Positions 8,662 through 15,838 of a stretch of 52,228 bases of DNA are shown in pieces. Origin of the DNA: a virus. Lineage: Duplodnaviria > Caudoviricetes. Numbering within the stretch: position 1 is the stretch's first letter; each line of letters begins with the position of its first letter. A program made the translations under genes and the position numbers. The stretch covers positions 1 to 52,228 of the IMG/VR virus record IMGVR_UViG_3300036852_000313, one strand, 5' to 3'. The notes under the pieces were generated by a model, which saw only the letters and a list, made by a program, of their open reading frames with translations, made no database searches and had not been told where the DNA came from.

Positions 8662-8693
8662 GCTGTCACTCCGGTTTGGGTGTCGGGACTAGC
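8662..8693 (-). promoter_or_regulatory. SD-sequestering hairpin repeat, copy 5
   Basis: GCT-A-GTC-CCG-acacccaaac-CGG-AGT-GAC-AGC-g-ATG. Confidence 0.8.
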
Positions 8694-8705
8694 GTATGGC
8701 TTGCT

Positions 8706-8765
8706 GACCTCATCAGTCGTGGCAGTCACCACGAGACGACGCGTGACTCGCGCGTCGTTTCGGTC
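8706..8765 (-). ncRNA. Type II hammerhead ribozyme HH1 (predicted cut between 8735 and 8734)
   Basis: GACC-GAAA-CGACGCG-cgagtca-CGCGTCG-TC^TCGTGG-tgactg-CCACGA-CTGATGA-GGTC: full CUGAUGA/GAAA/GUC core with three perfect stems. Confidence 0.92.
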
Positions 8766-8948
8766 TTAGACTATAGTTCCCCAATCCGGGTCCAGATCGT
8801 AAGCGCTTACCCAACGACAAGATGCGTCCTCATACTCGACATATGCGCGGTTATGCTCTTCGTCTATCTCCAGCACGACAACAAATGCCGTTACGTCTCC
8901 GTTGTCGTATTCAAGCTCCTGCCCGATGTACATGTCTGAGCATTTCAT
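8766..8948 (-). CDS. Small acidic hypothetical protein
   Basis: MKCSDMYIGQELEYDNGD...; follows hairpin copy 4; stop abuts HH1. Confidence 0.7.
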   Translation of the reverse strand: MKCSDMYIGQELEYDNGDVTAFVVVLEIDEEHNRAYVEYEDASCRWVSAYDLDPDWGTIV

Positions 8949-8951
8949 TTG

Positions 8952-8988
8952 GCCGTCGCTCCGCGCTAGGTTAGCTGTCGGGACTAGC
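8952..8988 (-). promoter_or_regulatory. SD-sequestering hairpin repeat, copy 4
   Basis: GCT-A-GTC-CCG-acagctaacctagcg-CGG-AGC-GAC-GGC-caa-ATG. Confidence 0.8.
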
Positions 8989-9232
8989 ATTCTGTGTTTG
9001 ACGCAATGCTGCTCGTTGCATCCATCGCGTAGGCGTTCGCCTCTGCAACCAAGTCCGTTAGTGTCTGTTGTGAGCTGGGATAGAACAGCTCTACGCCCTC
9101 CTCGACAATAACGATGCGTCCGTTCTTGCTCCATATGTCGAGTGTGTTCGGCGTGCCTTGCACTGGCGTGCTTGCCATGTGCCGCCAACCTGACTCTATG
9201 AGCAGGTTTGTGAGTTGCTGGCCTCTGTCCAT
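8984..9232 (-). CDS. Hypothetical protein
   Basis: 82 aa; its TAG stop is inside hairpin copy 4. Confidence 0.7.
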   Translation of the reverse strand: MDRGQQLTNLLIESGWRHMASTPVQGTPNTLDIWSKNGRIVIVEEGVELFYPSSQQTLTDLVAEANAYAMDATSSIASNTEC

Positions 9233-9234
9233 TT

Positions 9235-9273
9235 GCTGTCACTCCGAGCTAGGGTTAGCCAATCGGGACTAGC
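9235..9273 (-). promoter_or_regulatory. SD-sequestering hairpin repeat, copy 3
   Basis: GCT-A-GTC-CCG-attggctaaccctagct-CGG-AGT-GAC-AGC-aa-ATG. Confidence 0.8.
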
Positions 9274-9275
9274 GC

Positions 9276-9509
9276 TTACTCGTACTGCTCATCAATCATC
9301 TTCGCGAGTGCTTCGTCTTTCGTGGCGAATGGGCCGAAAGGTTCGCCGTCTGGCAGGCATCCAGGAAAGCAGGCCCACCAGTACCAGCCAGCTTCGCTGG
9401 GCTCACCATCGTTGTCCAGCTCCAACTCACCACGCCTAGCGTAGAATATCTCTACGTCTGGCAGCGTGTGTGGGTCATTCTCGCGGCTAGGATCGCTGTA
9501 CGCTTGCAT
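9276..9509 (-). CDS. Acidic hypothetical phage protein
   Basis: MQAYSDPSRE..LPDVEIFY...GWYWWACFPGCLPDGEPFGPF. Confidence 0.75.
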   Translation of the reverse strand: MQAYSDPSRENDPHTLPDVEIFYARRGELELDNDGEPSEAGWYWWACFPGCLPDGEPFGPFATKDEALAKMIDEQYE

Positions 9510-9540
9510 GCTGTCACTCCGAGTTAGTGTCGGGACTAGC
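9510..9540 (-). promoter_or_regulatory. SD-sequestering hairpin repeat, copy 2
   Basis: GCT-A-GTC-CCGA-cactaac-TCGG-AGT-GAC-AGC-ATG. Confidence 0.8.
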
Positions 9541-9552
9541 GTATAACTTGCT

Positions 9553-9613
9553 GGCCTCATCGGCCGCGGCAGTCACCGCGGGACGACGCGCTACGTCGCG
9601 CGCCGTTTCGGCC
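9553..9613 (-). ncRNA. Type II hammerhead ribozyme HH2, U4C core variant (predicted cut between 9582 and 9581)
   Basis: GGCC-GAAA-CGGCGCGC-gacgta-GCGCGTCG-TC^CCGCGG-tgactg-CCGCGG-CCGATGA-GGCC; stems covary with HH1. Confidence 0.85.
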
Positions 9614-9822
9614 TATGCGTATGCTGGATCAATGACGCGTTGGATATCCTTAGCACAAGCAAGCGCTGCGAATTGTAACGCGACGTATAGCGAGCGCTCT
9701 GGCGAGCGCGCTGGAAACGCTAGTGCCATACGCCAAAGGCGGTCTGATGTGTGACACAATGCGCGCATTCTCTGCGCCATGCGCCGTTCTTGCTCTATGG
9801 TGTGTTGTGCGTTCGTGTGCAT
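9613..9822 (-). CDS. Hypothetical protein
   Basis: MHTNAQHTIEQERR...; follows hairpin copy 1; TAG overlaps HH2. Confidence 0.65.
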   Translation of the reverse strand: MHTNAQHTIEQERRMAQRMRALCHTSDRLWRMALAFPARSPERSLYVALQFAALACAKDIQRVIDPAYA

Positions 9823-9825
9823 TTT

Positions 9826-9863
9826 GCTGTCGCTCCGTAGGGGGTTAGCCAATCGGGACTAGC
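9826..9863 (-). promoter_or_regulatory. SD-sequestering hairpin repeat, copy 1
   Basis: GCT-A-GTC-CCG-attggctaacccccta-CGG-AGC-GAC-AGC-aaa-ATG. Confidence 0.8.
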
Positions 9864-9953
9864 GTAAGCACACACCGCGCAGGTTAAACACTGTTGCCCA
9901 TAGATAGTATCGGGTCAGTCCTGCGCCAGTGTATGCCTTGCGCTGCAACACAT

Positions 9954-9970
9954 AGCATGATATGTGCCAA
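9954..9970 (-). promoter_or_regulatory. Possible sigma-54 (-24/-12) promoter for the early operon
   Basis: TTGGCACATATCATGCT: GG and GC at sigma-54 spacing, ATGC instead of TTGC. Confidence 0.3.
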
Positions 9971-10338
9971 GCGCACTAACCGCGCGTTTCGGCCACTTGC
10001 GGTCGCATCGTATCACATTGACACACCGCAACCTGCGACGAATCGTGCAAATTGCGAGAGTGTGCAACGTAGTAGCCAGCTAACGTGCGTTTAGCTGGTT
10101 ACTCGCGTCGTGCTAACCGGCTAGGCGCGTTTATGGTGGTTAGCGTGTCGAAGTGACACGTTTGGTGCTGACCAGCCTGTTGGCGCTGCCCGGCGCTGCC
10201 ACATTGGCGCGCGCGTGCGCCATATTGGCGCGACCCCCACCATGCCCCTTGGCGCTGCGGCGCGCAGAACTACGCGTTCGCGCTAATGCGCGGCATATTT
10301 TTTCTGAACGGTCTAGCTCGCTTCGCGCGATGCGGCGT

Positions 10339-10734
10339 TCATTTCGCATATCTCCACGGCAGCCCTGTCCAGCGCACAAGCAAGGTGCGCGCACCGAGTT
10401 CGCCGCCGTAGCGCAAACCGCGCTCCGCGCTCCAAAACAGCACCGAGTCCTCGACGAGCACGTAGATGCCGACGATGGAGTCGCGCTGCACGCCGCTATC
10501 TTGTGCTCTGGTCCACACAATCCAATCAGTAAACGTGCTGTCTGAACGCAACTCGATGGCGCCAGCAACAACCGCGCTTCCGTCAGCGCCGAATTTCCAC
10601 GGCAGCGTGTCGCCCGCGACGTTGCGCAGCGTCCATGTACCTAGCGCGCTAGCGTCTGGCGCCTGATTGTAGCACCCAGCGGCGCACGAGAGCATGAACG
10701 CAAGGCTCGTGGTGCAGCGAGCTGCGCCGATCAC
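10339..10734 (-). CDS. Lipoprotein with lipocalin-like beta domain
   Basis: Hydrophobic leader ending AAGC, then ALGTWTLRNVAGDTLP...AGAIELRSDSTFT. Confidence 0.65.
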   Translation of the reverse strand: MIGAARCTTSLAFMLSCAAGCYNQAPDASALGTWTLRNVAGDTLPWKFGADGSAVVAGAIELRSDSTFTDWIVWTRAQDSGVQRDSIVGIYVLVEDSVLFWSAERGLRYGGELGARTLLVRWTGLPWRYAK

Positions 10735-10883
10735 TTCGCCTTCTTGCGTTTGCGTGGTTTTCGTGCTTTGCCAGCGACATGCAACGCAATGGCGACAGAC
10801 TGTTTTTGCGCGTAACCGCTGCGTTGCAGCTCGGCGATGTTCTCGCCAATGGTTTTGCGGGACTTGCCGCGTTTCAGTGGCAC
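10731..10883 (-). CDS. Small basic phage protein (50 aa, not in ORF track)
   Basis: VPLKRGKSRKTIGENIAEL..SGYAQKQSVAIAL, a recurrent phage motif; GTGA overlap. Confidence 0.7.
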   Translation of the reverse strand: MPLKRGKSRKTIGENIAELQRSGYAQKQSVAIALHVAGKARKPRKRKKAK

Positions 10884-10885
10884 AG

Positions 10886-11110
10886 CTATGGCCTCGCGCG
10901 CGCGAGCTGCTCGCGGATGTCGAGTTCGCAGCGCCCGCTCGCTGGGCGATCAAGCTCAACATACACACGATCTCCGGCGCGCCCAGGCAGCACGTAATGT
11001 GTGATGCATGGCAGCAGCAACGGCTCCGGCGCGCGCTGGCGCGCAGACGCCGCTGCCGCAAGCGCGAGCAGCGCCACGACGACAAGCCGTACCACGCCGA
11101 TGTATGTCAT
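10886..11110 (-). CDS. Small secreted/membrane protein
   Basis: Signal-peptide-like VVRLVVVALLALAAAASA. Confidence 0.55.
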   Translation of the reverse strand: MTYIGVVRLVVVALLALAAAASARQRAPEPLLLPCITHYVLPGRAGDRVYVELDRPASGRCELDIREQLARARP

Positions 11111-11340
11111 TGCAGCGACGCCGCGCGAATGCGCGCAATCGCGCGCGCGGCCACCTGCGCATCGAGCGTCGAAAGCGGAAACGCGCATATCGTGGGCGCA
11201 GCGGGCGCGGTGCCAGGCGCTTTAAGCAGTTCAAGCACCGCGTCTCCAAGTTGCCGCAGAATCTCAGCGTCCGTCACGCTGACCGCGCTATCGTTCGCGA
11301 GTTCGCGCCGTACCGCCGCAACAAGATGACGCACGGTCAT
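11107..11340 (-). CDS. Hypothetical protein
   Basis: ATGA overlaps at both ends. Confidence 0.5.
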   Translation of the reverse strand: MTVRHLVAAVRRELANDSAVSVTDAEILRQLGDAVLELLKAPGTAPAAPTICAFPLSTLDAQVAARAIARIRAASLQ

Positions 11341-11531
11341 GGGCGCAGCGAGCGCAGCACAAGCGAATTCGCGTTGCGTGCCTTTCGGCGCGCACGCTTC
11401 GCGCCAGCCGCGTGCAGGCGCGCCACGCGTTGTGGGCTCGCTTCGAGCGCGGCCTGGCGTCGCGCCTCGGAGGCGCGCGTAGAGGCGTACACCCACTGGA
11501 CGCGCGCCAGCAATGCGTGTGTATCAGTCAT
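11337..11531 (-). CDS. Small basic hypothetical protein
   Basis: ATGA overlaps at both ends. Confidence 0.5.
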   Translation of the reverse strand: MTDTHALLARVQWVYASTRASEARRQAALEASPQRVARLHAAGAKRARRKARNANSLVLRSLRP

Positions 11532-11866
11532 GCGGTCGGGCGCTCTTTCTTGAGCGCGTGCAGGAACATGGCGACCAGCGCCGCCGTCACGCCACGCACT
11601 ATGGTCGAGCCGCTGAGCGCTGAAACGCACACTTGCGTCACATCTTGCGGTAGTGTGTCGCATTCGGGCGGGAGTGCGATACCAAGCGCGTTGAGCACCG
11701 CTACCACCAGCGTCCCGAGGAGCACGACCGCGAACCGCTTAAATATGGGCGGCAAGTCGTCAACCCAAGTTGTTACGTTCAGCAACTGTCTCGCCCACAA
11801 GTACACAATCGGCCCAAGCACAATCGGCAGCACCCAGCCCGCCACCGTAAACGCAATGTTTGTCAT
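11528..11866 (-). CDS. Holin-like membrane protein
   Basis: 112 aa, three hydrophobic segments, basic C-terminus HALKKERP. Confidence 0.6.
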   Translation of the reverse strand: MTNIAFTVAGWVLPIVLGPIVYLWARQLLNVTTWVDDLPPIFKRFAVVLLGTLVVAVLNALGIALPPECDTLPQDVTQVCVSALSGSTIVRGVTAALVAMFLHALKKERPTA

Positions 11867-12615
11867 GCAGATACTCCAGAAGTTGTGCGTGTTGGTTCGC
11901 GGGCTCCGCGTGCGAGCGGTGCGCCCTCTGCCTCAAGTTCAAGCTGTAGCAATGCGAGCGCTCGCCACGCGAGCTTCGCGCTGTGTCGTGTTCCGTCAGA
12001 ATCTAGCGTGCCGCGCTCCAGCAAGTGTCGCACAAGCGTATCGGCTTGATCTGTTGACTTGCCGCGCGACCAATGCAGCGGCTGGCCGGGGTTGTGCTGG
12101 TCGTTTCCGGCCTTTGATACGCGCGCAACTTCGACGAGCGCCGCAGGAAAGTAATCGAGCACGCCCGAGACGAGCGGGATAGCTTTGCGCTCGGCGGCGT
12201 CGCTCGGAAGCACGGTGCGCGCTGATGGCGTAGCGTCTTGTACACGCTCCATTGTTATTGCGTCAAATACAGCAAGCTGCAACATTCGCGCTACTAGCAG
12301 CTCTTTGTTGGCGCCGCGTGAATTCTGCCAACCAGGCAACAACGCAATGGCAGCACAAGTCGAAATTTCTGCGATGTCCATGCGCAGAAACTCGTTATAG
12401 ATGGCGCCACCAGCTTTAATACTTGGGTCGGGATTGTTGACATCAAACTCTTCGTGAAAGCGTTCACGCCAGTATTGGCGATCCATGTCAGCAGGACTAA
12501 CGACTTCCCAGCCTGCTGCGCTCCACGCATCACGCGCCGCATCAAACGCAGGGAAATTGAATTGTGGTATTCCAGTCATCGGTCCAGCGATATAGATGCG
12601 TGCCAAGTGTGCCAT
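11863..12615 (-). CDS. DUF4406 (deoxyribosyltransferase-like) fused to dATP/dGTP diphosphohydrolase domain (DUF5664-like)
   Basis: IYIAGPMTG..FNFPAF, LPGWQNSRGANKE; ERKAIPLVSGVLDYFPAAL..VSKAGNDQHNPG.PLHW...HSAKLAWRALA. Confidence 0.8.
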   Translation of the reverse strand: MAHLARIYIAGPMTGIPQFNFPAFDAARDAWSAAGWEVVSPADMDRQYWRERFHEEFDVNNPDPSIKAGGAIYNEFLRMDIAEISTCAAIALLPGWQNSRGANKELLVARMLQLAVFDAITMERVQDATPSARTVLPSDAAERKAIPLVSGVLDYFPAALVEVARVSKAGNDQHNPGQPLHWSRGKSTDQADTLVRHLLERGTLDSDGTRHSAKLAWRALALLQLELEAEGAPLARGAREPTRTTSGVSA

Positions 12616-12617
12616 AC

Positions 12618-12935
12618 TTAACCTCTGTCGTCGAGCATTTCGCGCACGCGCGCGGTCGCGAGCGCGTCGCACAATCGCTCCGCAAGTTCCTCAGACACGT
12701 CGATACTCGCATCCCAGAGCAAGATATGCGCCCACTCGTGCCAATACGTCTGCCACGCCGTGATTGACGACATGTTTACTTCGAGTCGCACGTCGCGCTG
12801 GGCGCTGCGCCAAATCCCGAAGCACGCCTCGTCGCGCAAATTTCGCAAGTCCACCACGCAAGTCACCGGCACGTCACCAAGAACGCTCGGTATGGTTGCG
12901 GGAATGGGAGGAAGTGCTTTTTTTGTGCGTGTCAC
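12618..12935 (-). CDS. Small HExxH metallopeptidase-like protein
   Basis: QTYWHEWAHILL...AERLCDALA. Confidence 0.7.
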   Translation of the reverse strand: MTRTKKALPPIPATIPSVLGDVPVTCVVDLRNLRDEACFGIWRSAQRDVRLEVNMSSITAWQTYWHEWAHILLWDASIDVSEELAERLCDALATARVREMLDDRG

Positions 12936-13453
12936 GCGGTGCACACCCCGGCCCACGACGGCCACCGTACCATTTGGCGCACAAGGCGCTCACTCTCTAT
13001 TGACGTCATGTCACGATCTGCCGTGGCCGCAAGCTGCACCAACTCACCCAGCGCAACGTGCATCGCTTCGTGTAGTGCAATCAAGCGCATATCTTCGTGG
13101 TCCCGCTGAATCGTGTACAAGTTGAAAATGCTTGTCGCTTCGAGCGCGCCAGCTCGCGTAAGTGTGCGTCCATACCACTCGAATGTCGGGTCACTAATGA
13201 CGCTGATATGCACGTCCCAGCGCGGTATCAAACCTAGCTTGCTCAAGAAACACCGTGCGTGCCACTGAATTGCAATGGCGGCCTCGTTGCTCTGTGGGGC
13301 GAGCGTGTATGTGGAGTCAACGTGCTGTCCCTGCGCGCACTGCACACATGTCAGCATCAGCGCGCTGCTTAAACCCAGCGCGCAGAGCGCAATGCGCAAA
13401 TACGAGAGCATCTTCGTGCGCTTCGTCATACACTTCAACATATTGTGGGTCAA
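12932..13453 (-). CDS. Putative exported HExxH metallopeptidase
   Basis: Signal-like N-terminus; ALHEAMHVAL, SERLV. Confidence 0.6.
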   Translation of the reverse strand: MTHNMLKCMTKRTKMLSYLRIALCALGLSSALMLTCVQCAQGQHVDSTYTLAPQSNEAAIAIQWHARCFLSKLGLIPRWDVHISVISDPTFEWYGRTLTRAGALEATSIFNLYTIQRDHEDMRLIALHEAMHVALGELVQLAATADRDMTSIESERLVRQMVRWPSWAGVCTA

Positions 13454-14499
13454 GCCAATCGCGCAAGTTCGCGCGCTAAATGTGTCGCAACGCGCTCCGC
13501 CGCCCGCCCGCCGCCAAAGATTTGCGTCGGTTTGCGTGGAATCAGTTGCGCCGCAAGTGTAGTCACTGCATCTTGCGCGCCAGCCGCTGTTGGAGCGAAC
13601 AGGCGCGCGATGCCTGCATGCTCAGCCTCTGGACGGTCGTTCGCGACGCGCAAAATCGCGGTCGGCACGCCGAGCGCCGCCGCTTCCTCGACCAGTCCGC
13701 CCGAGTCCGTCAGTACACCGCGCGCTTCCGCAAGCGTTTGCAACATCGTGGTGTGCGCCAACGGTGGGCACAGCACGAAATTCGTCGGTATACGCAGTGT
13801 GCTGAGCAGTGGGTGCATGCCAGGATGCACGGGCCAAAACGCGCGAATGGGCGCTGCGCCAATTGCGTCACACAAACCTTGTAGCATTGCTGGGGCATCG
13901 CTGCGGGTGCGCATTTCACGTCGATGCAGCGTCACCAGCAGTACGTCGTTCGCTTCCGCACACGGGTGCACGTCGGTATAGTGTAGCGCGTCGATTCCCG
14001 TGTTGCCGGTCACGATACTCTCTAAGCGTTCGCTTGCGAGATTGTGAAACGCGTGCTCGGTCGGCGCATATCGCCACGTCGCCATTCGGTCGATTGCAAC
14101 GCGAATGATTTCCTCCGGCCACGGATCGGACTCGCTGCCGCTCCGTACGCCCGCCTCAACATGCGCAACCGGAATTCCGGCCTCGCGCGCGCACAACGCA
14201 CCCACCATAGCGGACATGGTGTCACCCTGTACCAGCACACTGCGCGGGCGGTGTGCCGCGAGATACGCTGTGAGCGCGCGGTGGGCGCGCGCCATAAATC
14301 GCATGATGCTGCCGTCCGATGCTACGTCAAGCGTTACGAAGCGGCCAAGCCGCATCAGCAGCGCGTCATCGACCAGCGACTTGTGTTGGCCTGTGGCAAG
14401 CGCTACAGTTGCTACGCCCGCCGCACGCAACGCCTCGATCACCGGCACGGTCTTGATGGCGTCTGGCCGCGTTCCGAACACGCAAAGTACGTCTGTCAT
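13450..14499 (-). CDS. wecB: UDP-N-acetylglucosamine 2-epimerase
   Basis: FGTRPDAIK, TGQH, VQGDT, AHVEAGVRS, PWPEE, VTGNTGIDAL, TLHRRE, TDSGGLVEEA. Confidence 0.93.
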   Translation of the reverse strand: MTDVLCVFGTRPDAIKTVPVIEALRAAGVATVALATGQHKSLVDDALLMRLGRFVTLDVASDGSIMRFMARAHRALTAYLAAHRPRSVLVQGDTMSAMVGALCAREAGIPVAHVEAGVRSGSESDPWPEEIIRVAIDRMATWRYAPTEHAFHNLASERLESIVTGNTGIDALHYTDVHPCAEANDVLLVTLHRREMRTRSDAPAMLQGLCDAIGAAPIRAFWPVHPGMHPLLSTLRIPTNFVLCPPLAHTTMLQTLAEARGVLTDSGGLVEEAAALGVPTAILRVANDRPEAEHAGIARLFAPTAAGAQDAVTTLAAQLIPRKPTQIFGGGRAAERVATHLARELARLA

Positions 14500-14514
14500 G
14501 TGCACTACTCCAGC

Positions 14515-14673
14515 TAGTTTTTCTCAGCTTTCTCAGTGAGAACTGAGGTACATATTGAGATAATTACCTGAGAATCATGATAAAAATTTCTCGATGTCGT
14601 TATGCCGCAGCGACTTACGCAAAAATTTATCATGAGAATTTCATGCGAATTTCTCATCGGCCCCTTTTTCTCA
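14515..14673. other. Candidate replication origin (AT-rich, TGAGAA/TTCTCA iterons, inverted repeat)
   Basis: TTCTCA at 14521, 14530, 14651, 14668; TGAGAA at 14537, 14569, 14633; TCATGATAAA (14575) / TTTATCATGA (14626); next to the helicase gene. Confidence 0.5.
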
Positions 14674-15603
14674 CGGCTTCTCTTTGTCTCCCCGCACCAC
14701 GCGATCCCACGCGCGATACGCGGTGGCTTGCGCACACAACGGTTTGCCTTGTTCATCTGTTTGCGCCAGAAGCCACTTGATTGCATCTGGGCGTTTGGCG
14801 CGCGGATTGGCCGCAATCCATGAAAGCAGCAGTTTTTCAAGTGGAGTCTCTGTGACGGGTTCAAGCATAAGAGTTTCATTGAGGCGCAGCAGGATCGCGG
14901 CAGGTTCTTGGCAGCTTCGCGTTCGCACAAAATAGACCCGCGTCATCCAATCGGAATTGTTGGCGCGGCGAACACGACGCTGCATGATAACGGTGTCAGC
15001 GCTCGCAGCCCACGCGGTTGTGCCGCGAAATGCCTCGCGCACGCCGGTATCCGCAGTGACTTGCGCCGGGAGTTTGCGCGAGTGATGCAAAAAGACGAAT
15101 GCGGCGCCGGGAATCAGTGTGCGCCACGCGGCGTAAACTCGGTCTGCCGCCGTCGAGTCGTTTTCGTCGAAGTTGTGCGTTTTGCGAAGCGTGTCCACAA
15201 ACACCACATCGGGCGCGAAGGCGCGAATGGCGACAAACGCGGGTTCGCTCAACGCTATCTTGCAGACATCGAGCGGCATCGCGTCGGTGAGCAAGACCTT
15301 AATGTCGTCGGTGAGAAACGCAGCGCTAGAGCGCAACCGCTCCTGATACAGCAACGAATTCATATCGGCTTGCACAATCAGGACGCGGCAGCGTTGTACA
15401 GGAAACACGCCCCACAATGGTTCACCGCGCACGAGCGCACTCGCCATAGTCGCGGTCAGCATGGTTTTGCCAGCGCTCGGCGGGCCAAACAGCAGCGTTA
15501 CGCTGCCAGCCGCCAGAAACGGGTCGATCAGCAGCGGCGCGCGTGACGACAGCTCTAATGTCGTCAACGTTGCAGCGCCGTGTAACGCGACTCGAAGCGT
15601 CAC
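14671..15603 (-). CDS. AAA_25 / RepA-like replicative helicase
   Basis: GPPSAGKT, VFVDTLRK, DENDS, LHHSRK, FRGTTAWAASAD. Confidence 0.85.
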   Translation of the reverse strand: MTLRVALHGAATLTTLELSSRAPLLIDPFLAAGSVTLLFGPPSAGKTMLTATMASALVRGEPLWGVFPVQRCRVLIVQADMNSLLYQERLRSSAAFLTDDIKVLLTDAMPLDVCKIALSEPAFVAIRAFAPDVVFVDTLRKTHNFDENDSTAADRVYAAWRTLIPGAAFVFLHHSRKLPAQVTADTGVREAFRGTTAWAASADTVIMQRRVRRANNSDWMTRVYFVRTRSCQEPAAILLRLNETLMLEPVTETPLEKLLLSWIAANPRAKRPDAIKWLLAQTDEQGKPLCAQATAYRAWDRVVRGDKEKP

Positions 15604-15606
15604 ATG

Positions 15607-15822
15607 CTAGCGTTGCGTATCGTCGATACTGAGCTGAAGGCGAGGGCGCCGCGAACGCTGGCCGCGATCCCGTTCGCGCCGATAGAGAGGAAGGTTGAAT
15701 GGCGGGTCACAGTCCTCGTGCCACGCGCCGATGCCGTGCTCGTGATATGCACGTTCATCGTGCGCGATAGGTTCTTCGCACGTCAAACAGATAGTGTTGT
15801 AGCCGAGGCGACGGGGGTGCAT
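15607..15822 (-). CDS. Small Zn-finger-like protein
   Basis: CLTCEEPI...WHEDC. Confidence 0.55.
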   Translation of the reverse strand: MHPRRLGYNTICLTCEEPIAHDERAYHEHGIGAWHEDCDPPFNLPLYRRERDRGQRSRRPRLQLSIDDTQR

Positions 15823-15838
15823 TACTCAGGCTCCCAAT

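Noticed and set aside
8723-8750. Loop I-loop III kissing (TGACT/AGTCA) in HH1
   Set aside because: Not retained in HH2 (loop III GACGTA), so probably incidental
7316-9863. GCTAGTCCC repeats as a CRISPR array or integron attC cassette array
   Set aside because: Spacing is irregular and gene-sized, no cas or integrase gene, no RYYYAAC/GTTRRRY core pair; the repeats contain the RBS
11863-12615. Z-genome (2-aminoadenine) system
   Set aside because: dATP/dGTP diphosphohydrolase-like domain present but no PurZ homologue is visible
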